Source of the DNA: an uncultured Candidatus Saccharibacteria bacterium
Lineage (GTDB): Bacteria; Patescibacteriota; Minisyncoccia; Phycocordibacterales; CSBR16-119
Direction of reading: 5' to 3'
DNA length: 64,000 bases
Assembly (NCBI GenBank): GCA_964426385.1
Contig: CAYRQF010000005.1
Coordinates: forward strand, 11,738-75,737
The translations under genes and the position numbers were made by a program. Positions within the stretch are counted from its first letter, which is position 1, and the number at the start of each line of letters is the position of its first letter. Shown here in pieces: positions 34,967-42,929 of this stretch. Below the pieces are notes generated by a model. That model ran no database searches. It was given only the letters and a program-made list of their open reading frames with translations, and was not told the origin of the DNA.

Positions 34967-37486
34967 TTATAGACTCTCTAGATATTCCTGAATAGTGAGA
35001 CCGTCGTCTTTGATCTCTTTGGCTATCTCTGCACCGAGATATCTCCAATGCCATGGTTCCTCGATATAACCAGTGTCCTTGCCGGCAGGGTAGCTCATAA
35101 CGAATCCATATCTATATGCATTCTTGTCTAGCCATTCATAGGTTTTTGTTGTTTTGAATTTCGCACTCGCTGAAACACTGTTTACTTCAGGTGATGTCAG
35201 GTCTACCGTCGTTCCGAGCTGATGTTCGGAGTGACCAGGTTTCGCTACGGATTCTTCCTGATCTTCTGGACGGTCTTTTTGATTGTTCGTATATAGTACC
35301 TGCTGGCTGTCGAAGCTACGGAAGGCTGATGATACCGAGACGTCGACGCCCGCAGTCTTGGCGTCCTCATACAGTCGTTTGAGAGCAGTAGCTGACTCCT
35401 CTGTCATACAGACATCGCGTCCATCCTTGGTCGGGATTTGCCCCTTGATGGCGACGAGTCCTTCCGGGATGTATTCGTCTACTGTTATGTCCTGGCTGAC
35501 ATTGGCGAACATCTGGTCGCTGTCAGAGTTGCCGATAGGGCAGATACCTCGCTGGAAAGCATAACGTTCGGTGAGGAGTGCAGTATCTTCAATGACAGGC
35601 TGATAGTTCTCGTTAATTTTAAATATAGTTTCAATGTGACTCTTGATACCGTTCTTGCCGATAGTGACCAGTGAGTATTGGCCCTGCATCGTTTCGGCAG
35701 AGAAGTACTGGTCGAATACGAAGTTACCTAGTGAGTATAGGATGAGACCTCCCTTGTACTCCTCTACGTCCTGAGTGACATGCGGATGATGGCCGACGAC
35801 TAGCTTGGCTCCGGCATCGATTATCTTGTGGGCGAGAGCCTCTTGTCTTTTGTTGTGAGCTTTGTACTCATCTCCCCAGTGTACAGAGACGACGAGGAGG
35901 TCCACAGACTCACTAGCTTCTTTGACGATAGTCTCGAGATTTGGATCGTTTGCAAGTAGTATGCCAGGCTTTACGTCTGTTGCCTTCATCCACTCAGGTC
36001 CGACGTCGGAGAAACCGAGGTATCCTATCTTGATACCGCTACGTTCTATTATCGTAGGCTTCTTGGCGAGCTCGTAATTCTCTCCAGCACCTGTAACAAG
36101 AATGTTGTTTTCAGAAAGTCTTCCTAGGGTGTCGAGAAATGCAGCATCAGAGTAGTCTCCGACGTGATTGTTCGCGAATGAGACAATATCGAACCCAGCC
36201 TCTTTGATAGATTCGGTGACTATAGGGTCGAAACGGAAAGAGTACTTACTGCCGACGTTACGGCCTTTGTCAGATATCGGCCCCTCGAGGTTCGCGAATA
36301 GTATGTCGTCGTCTTTGAGAGCGCCTACCTCGGCGAAAACCTTGTCGAAGTTGCCGGCAAAATTCTTGATGACCGAAGTCTCAACCCCTCGGTCGAGCAT
36401 CATATCGCCGACGAATCCGAGAGTTACCTCGGCGCTGTCTGCTGCGGCTATCTTTTCGTCATACGAGTAGTAGACGTTGGTACGCAGGTATTCGAGGATG
36501 TTGTTTATGTCTTTGGTACGATCGTCAGTTTTGAGTAGGGTGATGGCGATAGGGCGCGCATCGTAGCCCTCGAACGGCGTTGAAAAAATAGCGACACCGG
36601 TGCGTTTCGCGCGGTCTGTGTATCCGGTCTTGCCACCGAGATAATCATCACGCCTCGAGAATGGGTTCGCGTTCAGCCAAGTCTTGCCATTTAAAGTGTA
36701 GCGGTCGAGACCACTTATATTGAAAACAGTTTTGTGCTTCGTGTAGAGGTAGCTTGAGAGTTTGAACAAGTCCTCGGCGGTGGAGTAGTTGTCTGCAGAG
36801 AGTCCTGAGGGGTCTTTGTAGTTCGTTTTCTCCATGCCGATGTCTTTGGCCCATTTATTCATGAGTCCCATGAATTTCTCTCGTCCGACATGCTCAGCAA
36901 CGACTTCTGTCGCATCGTTAGATGAGACTAGTAGTATAGGGAAGTTCAGATCTCCAATCTTGATCTTTTCTCCTTGTGAGAGTGACCCACTGTAACCGTT
37001 CGTGTTGATGGCCCTAGCTGAGACTTTGGCTGTTTCGTTCTGGTCGATTTCCTCGAGAGACACGAGCGTCGTCATGAGTTTCGTTACCGATGCGATGGGT
37101 AGGACTTGTTCTTCGTTTTTGCCGATTATTTTCTGTCCTGTAGTCGCATCTCCTACATAGTAGGCGAGAGCACCAACTTTGGGTAAGAGGTCTTTGTCAC
37201 GAAGATGGTATTTGGCCTGTGGGGCGAGTGCGATGCCGTCAAAATTGATATCACCAGCGACTGCGCCAGGAGTACTCCTGCCTAACTTGGACCAATCTTT
37301 GACCTTTTCCGCGAGGGCTAGAGCTTTGGCTGTTAGATTCTGTCGGACGACACTAGTCTCATCACCAGATTTGAAACTGGTAACGGCGTGTACTACAAGG
37401 CCTGAGAATGCGATACCGAAACCTATGGCGATAACGCTCCAAAGGACGAGTCTTATTAAACTTTTATTCTTTCGTGTTGGTTCCAT
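34967..37486 (-). CDS. Membrane-anchored tri-domain cell-wall enzyme: D-Ala-D-Ala carboxypeptidase (S11, PBP5-like), CapA/PGA_cap metallophosphatase-like domain and a VanY/M15B D,D-carboxypeptidase domain
   Basis: N-terminal TM helix. SxxK (ASVTKLMT), SxN (SSNDAT) and KTG (GKTGYT) motifs. FANLEGP…ANNHVGDY…VHWGDEY…VVGHHPHV (CapA). C-terminal SAFRSFDSQ…GHSEHQLGTTVDLT…EPWHWRY (M15B). Confidence 0.75.
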   Translation of the reverse strand: MEPTRKNKSLIRLVLWSVIAIGFGIAFSGLVVHAVTSFKSGDETSVVRQNLTAKALALAEKVKDWSKLGRSTPGAVAGDINFDGIALAPQAKYHLRDKDLLPKVGALAYYVGDATTGQKIIGKNEEQVLPIASVTKLMTTLVSLEEIDQNETAKVSARAINTNGYSGSLSQGEKIKIGDLNFPILLVSSNDATEVVAEHVGREKFMGLMNKWAKDIGMEKTNYKDPSGLSADNYSTAEDLFKLSSYLYTKHKTVFNISGLDRYTLNGKTWLNANPFSRRDDYLGGKTGYTDRAKRTGVAIFSTPFEGYDARPIAITLLKTDDRTKDINNILEYLRTNVYYSYDEKIAAADSAEVTLGFVGDMMLDRGVETSVIKNFAGNFDKVFAEVGALKDDDILFANLEGPISDKGRNVGSKYSFRFDPIVTESIKEAGFDIVSFANNHVGDYSDAAFLDTLGRLSENNILVTGAGENYELAKKPTIIERSGIKIGYLGFSDVGPEWMKATDVKPGILLANDPNLETIVKEASESVDLLVVSVHWGDEYKAHNKRQEALAHKIIDAGAKLVVGHHPHVTQDVEEYKGGLILYSLGNFVFDQYFSAETMQGQYSLVTIGKNGIKSHIETIFKINENYQPVIEDTALLTERYAFQRGICPIGNSDSDQMFANVSQDITVDEYIPEGLVAIKGQIPTKDGRDVCMTEESATALKRLYEDAKTAGVDVSVSSAFRSFDSQQVLYTNNQKDRPEDQEESVAKPGHSEHQLGTTVDLTSPEVNSVSASAKFKTTKTYEWLDKNAYRYGFVMSYPAGKDTGYIEEPWHWRYLGAEIAKEIKDDGLTIQEYLESL

Positions 37487-37564
37487 CCCGATAGTGGCAG
37501 GTCGCGGTCATTAGACCTTAGACATTGATAATTGTTTTTATAATTCTCGTATGTTTCACCCAGA

Positions 37565-39574
37565 CTATTTGTTTACGCTAGCGACCGCGGCCACTATCGG
37601 GATTCCATCCACCAAGTTGTAGTCTATTAATTGTTTCTCAACGTCGACGGCTTTGACAGAGATTCGAAGCTCGTCTCCAATTCTCATAATTCTACCTGAT
37701 TTTTGTCCGACAAGCACCATTTTTTTCTCATCATATATGAATACATCGTGTGCAACGTCACGTAAACGTATCGCACCTTCGGATCTAGTAGTTTTTTCAG
37801 CGACATACATGCCCCAGTCGGCGAATCCAGTGATCACTCCGTCGAATTCTTCACCGATGCGTTCACTCATGTACTCGATCTGCTTGTATTTGACGCTAGC
37901 TCGCTCTGCTTCAGCAGCTTCAACTTCACGCATCGAGCAGTGTTCGGCCATCTGTTCGAACCCGAGGTTGCGTTCTTTGCCGAACTTCTTGCCTGATAGG
38001 TATTCCTCGAGTAGACGGTGAGCAATGATGTCCGGGTATCGGCGAATCGGCGACGTGAAATGCGTGTAGAAGTCAAAGGCGAGTCCATAGTGACCGATAT
38101 TTTTAACCGAATATATCGCTTTTTGCATCGAACGAACGACGACGGACTGGATAGTTGACTGTTCGTTTTGACCTTCGAGTTCGGCGAATAGTCGGTTGAA
38201 TTCTTTTGGGTTCACTTTTCCATTCTTCTCTGGTAGGTCGTAACCAAGTAGTTTCAGGTACTCTTTGAGTGCGCGAATTTTCTCTTGGTCTGGCTCGCCG
38301 TGGATGCGATATAGGAATACACGATCGAGACCGTCTTTACCCTTGGAGCCGTATTTCGCCACGTGCTTGTTCGCGAGCAACATGAATTCTTCGATGAGTT
38401 TGTTCGTGTCACCGCGCTGTTTGATGAATACTGATATCGGTTTGCCATGTTCGTCTAATTTGAATTTGACTTCGTCAGTCTCCATCATAATGGCGCCCTC
38501 CTTGATACGACCCTTTGTTAATTTCTTGGCGATTTGATTCAGAGTATTTAGTTCGTCGTAGTAGAGACCATTGCCGGCATCGAGTACTCCCTGAGCTTCC
38601 TCGTAGCTGAATCTCTTGTCGGAGTTGATGATTGTCCGGCCGAACCAGTCCTTTAATACTCGTCCTTCTCTATCCATCTCGAATACTGCTGACATCGTTA
38701 GCTTGTCTTCGTTCGGGTTCAGGGAACATAGGTCGTTCGACAGAACTTCTGGAAGCATGGGGATAGTGCGATCGACGAGATAGACGGACGTGGCGCGTTC
38801 GAGCGCTTCGTTGTCGAGTGGGGTCTTCGGCTGAACATAATGACTTACGTCAGCGATGTGAACGCCGATCTCGAAGTTGCCGTTCGGGAGCTTCTGGAAT
38901 GATAGAGCGTCATCGAAGTCTTTGGCATCCTCTGGGTCGATAGTGAACGTGGTTATGCCACGCATGTCACGACGTTTCGATATCTCATCTGGTGAGACAC
39001 CAGCCTTTTTTATTCTCAGAGCTCCGGCTTCAACCTCGGGAGGGAACTCGCTCTCGAACCCGCGTTCGAGGATGATGCCCTGCATCTCGGCTTCGTGTTC
39101 ACCGGCTTTGCCGAGTACTCGCACCACCTCGCCGAGTGGTTTGTGTTCCATTCCAGACCAGCGAATGATTTTGACGAAAGCCTTGTCGCCGACTTTGGCG
39201 CCGTTTTTAGACTTCTCTGGGATAGAAATATATGTGTACATCCTAGAGTCGCTAGGTTTCAGCATTAGTTCTCCGCGTACATCGATGATGGATCCGGAGA
39301 ATCCACGTTTCGCTCGGCGGACGACTTCGATGACTTTGCCCCTCGTCTTGCCCATAGGGGTAAGACTACCCATAGAGACTAGTACTGTGTCTCCGTGGAG
39401 CGCCATGTTGAGCGAGTCGAAACCGACCTCGATGTCGACAGGTTTGCCGTCGGGGCCCTTTAGATCATTCATTTTTACATAGCCCGTACCTCGTTGGCTC
39501 AATTTGATGATGCCGGTTACGGTCTTGCCGGTCGGGGCAGACTTCTTGTTGGAGGTTTCCTTTCTTTTATGCAT
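37565..39574 (-). CDS. rnr: Ribonuclease R (RNB-family 3'-5' exoribonuclease with a C-terminal S1 domain)
   Basis: Cold-shock-like N-terminus, RNB domain (DPEDAKDFDDALS…), C-terminal S1 (GVITGFADWGMYV). Confidence 0.85.
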   Translation of the reverse strand: MHKRKETSNKKSAPTGKTVTGIIKLSQRGTGYVKMNDLKGPDGKPVDIEVGFDSLNMALHGDTVLVSMGSLTPMGKTRGKVIEVVRRAKRGFSGSIIDVRGELMLKPSDSRMYTYISIPEKSKNGAKVGDKAFVKIIRWSGMEHKPLGEVVRVLGKAGEHEAEMQGIILERGFESEFPPEVEAGALRIKKAGVSPDEISKRRDMRGITTFTIDPEDAKDFDDALSFQKLPNGNFEIGVHIADVSHYVQPKTPLDNEALERATSVYLVDRTIPMLPEVLSNDLCSLNPNEDKLTMSAVFEMDREGRVLKDWFGRTIINSDKRFSYEEAQGVLDAGNGLYYDELNTLNQIAKKLTKGRIKEGAIMMETDEVKFKLDEHGKPISVFIKQRGDTNKLIEEFMLLANKHVAKYGSKGKDGLDRVFLYRIHGEPDQEKIRALKEYLKLLGYDLPEKNGKVNPKEFNRLFAELEGQNEQSTIQSVVVRSMQKAIYSVKNIGHYGLAFDFYTHFTSPIRRYPDIIAHRLLEEYLSGKKFGKERNLGFEQMAEHCSMREVEAAEAERASVKYKQIEYMSERIGEEFDGVITGFADWGMYVAEKTTRSEGAIRLRDVAHDVFIYDEKKMVLVGQKSGRIMRIGDELRISVKAVDVEKQLIDYNLVDGIPIVAAVASVNK

Positions 39575-39599
39575 AAGGACATATTAACATATGGGGCTT

Positions 39600-39870
39600 G
39601 TCCTATATATAGATGTGGTAAAATGGGATCAAATCCCATACGACCATGGTGTTACGAAGAGGTGAGTTTCCAGCGCTACACCCACGTATTGCTGCACGCT
39701 TGGATCAAGAGCGGGCATACTTGGAAGAAGGTTCTTCGGAACCTCGTCGGCCGAACCGCCGACAACGTGGTAGCTATCGACACCCACCCTGCCGGTTCAA
39801 GGGACGCTCTCATTAGCGCCAGCTCACGGAAAACTAACGGGACCTCGGTGATTCGTCACTGGGGTCCCTA
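39600..39870. ncRNA. Candidate structured RNA region (identity unknown) in an unusually long 410-bp intergenic spacer
   Basis: Several stable hairpins, including a UUCG-tetraloop stem ggttc-ttcg-gaacc, gtcggc-cgaacc-gccgac and gggacc…ggtccc. The overlapping ORF 39494..39871 has a non-protein-like composition. Confidence 0.25.
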
Positions 39871-39882
39871 ACCACTTTACCC

Positions 39883-39949
39883 TCACACCCATTTTTCGAT
39901 AGTTCATCGAACACGCCTTTGGCGTAATCGAAAAATAGGTGTGGGGGTT
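39883..39949. repeat. Copy 2 of the 68-bp structured inverted-repeat element
   Basis: ccctcacacccatttttcgat…atcgaaaaataggtgtggggg, with one mismatch in a 17-bp stem. The loop has gttc-atc-gaac and acgcc-ttt-ggcgt mini-hairpins with compensatory changes relative to copy 1. Confidence 0.6.
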
Positions 39950-39986
39950 TATTGACGCCTTTACATATATCTGCTAATATCCCCTC

Positions 39987-40289
39987 ATGTTAAAAATCCG
40001 ATTACAAAGAACTGGTCGCAAGAATAACCCTTTTTTCAGGGTTGTTATCGGCGAGCACACTAACTCTGCTCAGAGTGGTAAGTTCCTAGAGATCCTAGGA
40101 TCCTATGATCCAAAGGCCGGCAAGGTAGAGATCAAGTCTGACCGAGCGAAGTACTGGCTCAGTAAGGGTGCTCAGGCCTCTGGTACCGTTCACAACTTCC
40201 TCGTTGATCACAAAATCATCGACGCCAAGAAAAGGAACGTTATGCCGAAGCGAACTAAGCAGGTTAAAAAAGAAGAAGCGAAAGCTTAA
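39987..40289 (+). CDS. rpsP: 30S ribosomal protein S16
   Basis: MLKIRLQRTGRKNNPFFRVVIGEHT…GSYDP. Confidence 0.9.
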   Translation: MLKIRLQRTGRKNNPFFRVVIGEHTNSAQSGKFLEILGSYDPKAGKVEIKSDRAKYWLSKGAQASGTVHNFLVDHKIIDAKKRNVMPKRTKQVKKEEAKA

Positions 40290-40406
40290 CAAGAACCGCC
40301 CGAGAGGGCGGATTTTGTTTGCCAAAAGTCTGGGTGTAAGTTAAAATATTCATAGCAGTATTTCTTAGTCGGAAAGCTGTATGATTAGAAAATATAGAAA
40401 GATAAT

Positions 40407-40745
40407 ATGGAAAGAGATCAGGAATTTCTGGAGTACGTAGTGAAAGCTTTAGTAGATCATCCAAATGACGTAAAGCTCGAGAGGAAAGTCGATGAGATGG
40501 GAGTACTCCTAACTTTGTCAGTAAACGGCGAAGATATGGGCAAGATCATCGGACGACAGGGAAACACAGCGAAAGCCATGAGAACACTTCTCCGAGTTAT
40601 CGGCATGAAGAACAACTCTCGCGTAAACCTAAAAATTGAGGAACCAGAAGGTTATGTAAAGCCTGAAGGAACAGGACCAGTCTCTGCTCCACGTGTCGCA
40701 TCTGCGGATGTAGACCAGACGATGGAAGATCTAAAGGGAATATAA
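40407..40745 (+). CDS. KH-domain RNA-binding protein (YlqC/UPF0109-like)
   Basis: …GKIIGRQGNTAKAMRTLLRV… GxxG KH motif; conserved position after rpsP. Confidence 0.8.
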   Translation: MERDQEFLEYVVKALVDHPNDVKLERKVDEMGVLLTLSVNGEDMGKIIGRQGNTAKAMRTLLRVIGMKNNSRVNLKIEEPEGYVKPEGTGPVSAPRVASADVDQTMEDLKGI

Positions 40746-40785
40746 TGACGAGCTTCTAGTGGCTAGCTTATAGCTTCTAGGGAAC

Positions 40786-40813
40786 AAAAATCGCCCCGAA
40801 ATGGGCGGTTTTT
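40786..40813 (+). terminator. Intrinsic terminator (aaaaatcgcccc-gaaat-gggcggttttt)
   Basis: GC stem with a T-run, after the KH gene. Confidence 0.55.
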
Positions 40814-40843
40814 GTTTTTGGTATTTAATATATAATTGAGTCT

Positions 40844-41302
40844 ATGAAAGAACTGACTTTGACCCTACTCATCAAGGATTCTAAGCTTCTACTCGCCATG
40901 AAAAAGCGAGGGTTTGGTGCTGGTAAGTGGAATGGTTATGGGGGTAAGAAACAAGAAGGTGAGTCTATCGAGGACGCGGCGATCAGAGAAATACAAGAAG
41001 AGGGAAATGTGATAGTTAAAAAAGAAGATCTCGTAAGTCATGGATATATCGATTTCTATTTCTCCGATAAACCGGAGTTCGATCAGCGAGTGTATCTTTT
41101 CCGCGCAGACAAATGGACTGGTGAACCTGTCGAGACCGAGGAGATGCGACCAGAGTGGTTCGCATTCGACGCTATCCCGTACCACGAGATGTGGGTTGGA
41201 GACGATCAGTGGATACCGCTCGTTATTGCAGGGCGGAAAATTTCTGGTAATGTTCATTTTGCCGAAGGAGGCAAGAAGCTTCTAGAGGTAAACCTACAGT
41301 AA
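40844..41302 (+). CDS. Nudix hydrolase (MutT-like), occupying the position usually held by rimM
   Basis: Nudix box GKWNGYGGKKQEGESIEDAAIREIQEEGNV. Confidence 0.8.
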   Translation: MKELTLTLLIKDSKLLLAMKKRGFGAGKWNGYGGKKQEGESIEDAAIREIQEEGNVIVKKEDLVSHGYIDFYFSDKPEFDQRVYLFRADKWTGEPVETEEMRPEWFAFDAIPYHEMWVGDDQWIPLVIAGRKISGNVHFAEGGKKLLEVNLQ

Positions 41303-41303
41303 T

Positions 41304-41975
41304 ATGACATTTCACATCATTACAATATTTCCGAACATGTTCGAATCCTATCTCGGAGATTCTATTTTGGCGCGGGCGATCAAGGAGAAGAAAATCAAAG
41401 TGAAGTTTTATAATCCTCGTGACTTCGTTCGAGGTAAGCTCAGGAAAGTCTGGCCAGACGGGAATATCTCGAGCAAGATCGACGATCGTCCATACGGTGG
41501 AGGTCCGGGCATGGTCATGATCGCTGACCCGATAATCCGCGCATGGGAGAAAGCGAGCAAGGGTTTAAAGAAACCAAAAACGATAATATTTTCTCCGGGA
41601 GGCAAGAAGCTCACGACCGAATACGCCAAGAGTTCTGCCAAGAAATTCTCTGACCTCATAATGATCTGCGGAAGGTATGAGGGGATAGACGCGCGTGTTA
41701 AGAAGATTACCAAAGCCGAAGATCTATCTATCGGAGACTATGTCCTAACCGGCGGAGAGATCCCGGCCATGATTATGATCGATACTGTATCAAGACAGCT
41801 TCCTGGCGTACTCGGGAAGATAGAATCTCTCGAGGAAACTCGTATTGGCGGGACAGAGATGTATACTCGTCCAGAAATATATGAGTATAAGAAGAAGAAA
41901 TATAATGTGCCAAAGATATTTCTTTCAGGTCACCACAAAAAGTTAGACGAATATAAAGAAAATAAATTAAAGTAG
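41304..41975 (+). CDS. trmD: tRNA (guanine37-N1)-methyltransferase TrmD
   Basis: MTFHIITIFPNMFESYL…; SPOUT fold motifs; 223 aa. Confidence 0.9.
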   Translation: MTFHIITIFPNMFESYLGDSILARAIKEKKIKVKFYNPRDFVRGKLRKVWPDGNISSKIDDRPYGGGPGMVMIADPIIRAWEKASKGLKKPKTIIFSPGGKKLTTEYAKSSAKKFSDLIMICGRYEGIDARVKKITKAEDLSIGDYVLTGGEIPAMIMIDTVSRQLPGVLGKIESLEETRIGGTEMYTRPEIYEYKKKKYNVPKIFLSGHHKKLDEYKENKLK

Positions 41976-41984
41976 TTTTTTCTC

Positions 41985-42010
41985 TTACTTTTGCCTTGGG
42001 GCAAAAGTAA
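41985..42010. terminator. Stable 11-bp hairpin (ttacttttgcc-ttgg-ggcaaaagtaa) after trmD. It has no downstream T-run, so terminator function is uncertain.
   Basis: Perfect 11-bp stem. Confidence 0.35.
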
Positions 42011-42183
42011 CAAAAACCCAAGACCCGGTGGAAAAATACCTAAAACGAGAATAGTTTAAACCAGAAAGATCCGTAAACTCGAAAAGCTTAGGCTTTTCTC
42101 AAACAGTACGGACTTTCAGGCAAACTATCCTCGTTTCTTAACGGCATTTTTCCAAGGGTCAAAGAAAGTGCTAAAATAAAACC

Positions 42184-42516
42184 ATGTTTGGAATATTAAA
42201 AACTTACAAAGACATGAAGAAAGGAGTCCGAGATCCGGGAGGACTCGGCAAAGAGCTCGCGCTCGACATAATAAAGGTTCCGCTTCTTCTGTTTACGATC
42301 CTCGGCGGACTATTTCTGGTATTCATGTTTATCCTTGCCTTCACTTCGTCGCTCGGTGGGCCATATCTATTCTTCAAGATAGTTTTCATCCTACTCACTA
42401 TCCCTTACATACTGTTCCAGCTCATCGCCTGGCCGATATATAGGAAACTAGAGGGGCTGGCCGAAAGGGCAAAGAGTAAGATAAACTCGAAAATTATTGA
42501 CGGGGAAGTAGAATAA
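42184..42516 (+). CDS. Small membrane protein (110 aa), hypothetical
   Basis: Two or three hydrophobic helices. Lies in the slot where rplS normally follows trmD. Confidence 0.5.
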   Translation: MFGILKTYKDMKKGVRDPGGLGKELALDIIKVPLLLFTILGGLFLVFMFILAFTSSLGGPYLFFKIVFILLTIPYILFQLIAWPIYRKLEGLAERAKSKINSKIIDGEVE

Positions 42517-42525
42517 CCGCTCCGC

Positions 42526-42627
42526 AAAGCTTGAATTTTTTGGTCTTGCGAGACGCTGGTCCATCCTGGCGCGCGCCCTCACGGCCGCGGGCCTGCGGTA
42601 CGTTCTCGACCAAAAAATTCAAGCTTT
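42526..42627. repeat. 102-bp palindromic element: 20-bp perfect inverted repeat (aaagcttgaattttttggtc / gaccaaaaaattcaagcttt) enclosing a 62-nt GC-rich loop
   Basis: Arms at 42526-42545 and 42608-42627. The loop is GC-rich, unlike the AT-rich flanks. Confidence 0.6.
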
Positions 42628-42724
42628 GACTTCGCTCTGAGGGAACCGAACCGAACTCAGTTTTTCCAAGGGTCGCTCCCGGCCTCTTAAATCCTAAATC
42701 TTAATTCTTAAATCTGCTTTTTGT

Positions 42725-42752
42725 TTGACAAAGAAAAGCTTATATGTATACT
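42725..42752 (+). promoter_or_regulatory. Sigma70-like promoter upstream of rpoB (TTGACA-16-TATACT)
   Basis: ttgaca at 42725-42730; tatact at 42747-42752. Confidence 0.45.
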
Positions 42753-42929
42753 AGTAGAACTAATTGCGAGATTGAGTTTCGACCGCCAAAAGCAATTGTA
42801 TTAGTAAGGGGAGACTAGATACAAAGCTTTGTTAAGTAAAATTTTATAAAAATCAGAAAACTTATAGACAATAAGACTACTTATTGGCTTTTATGTTTTT
42901 TGGCGGGGTATTAATAACAATCTATTATT

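Noticed and set aside
39494-39871. 125-aa plus-strand ORF upstream of rpsP
   Set aside because: It overlaps the RNase R start region and a run of stable RNA hairpins, and its composition is non-protein-like. More likely a structured non-coding region.
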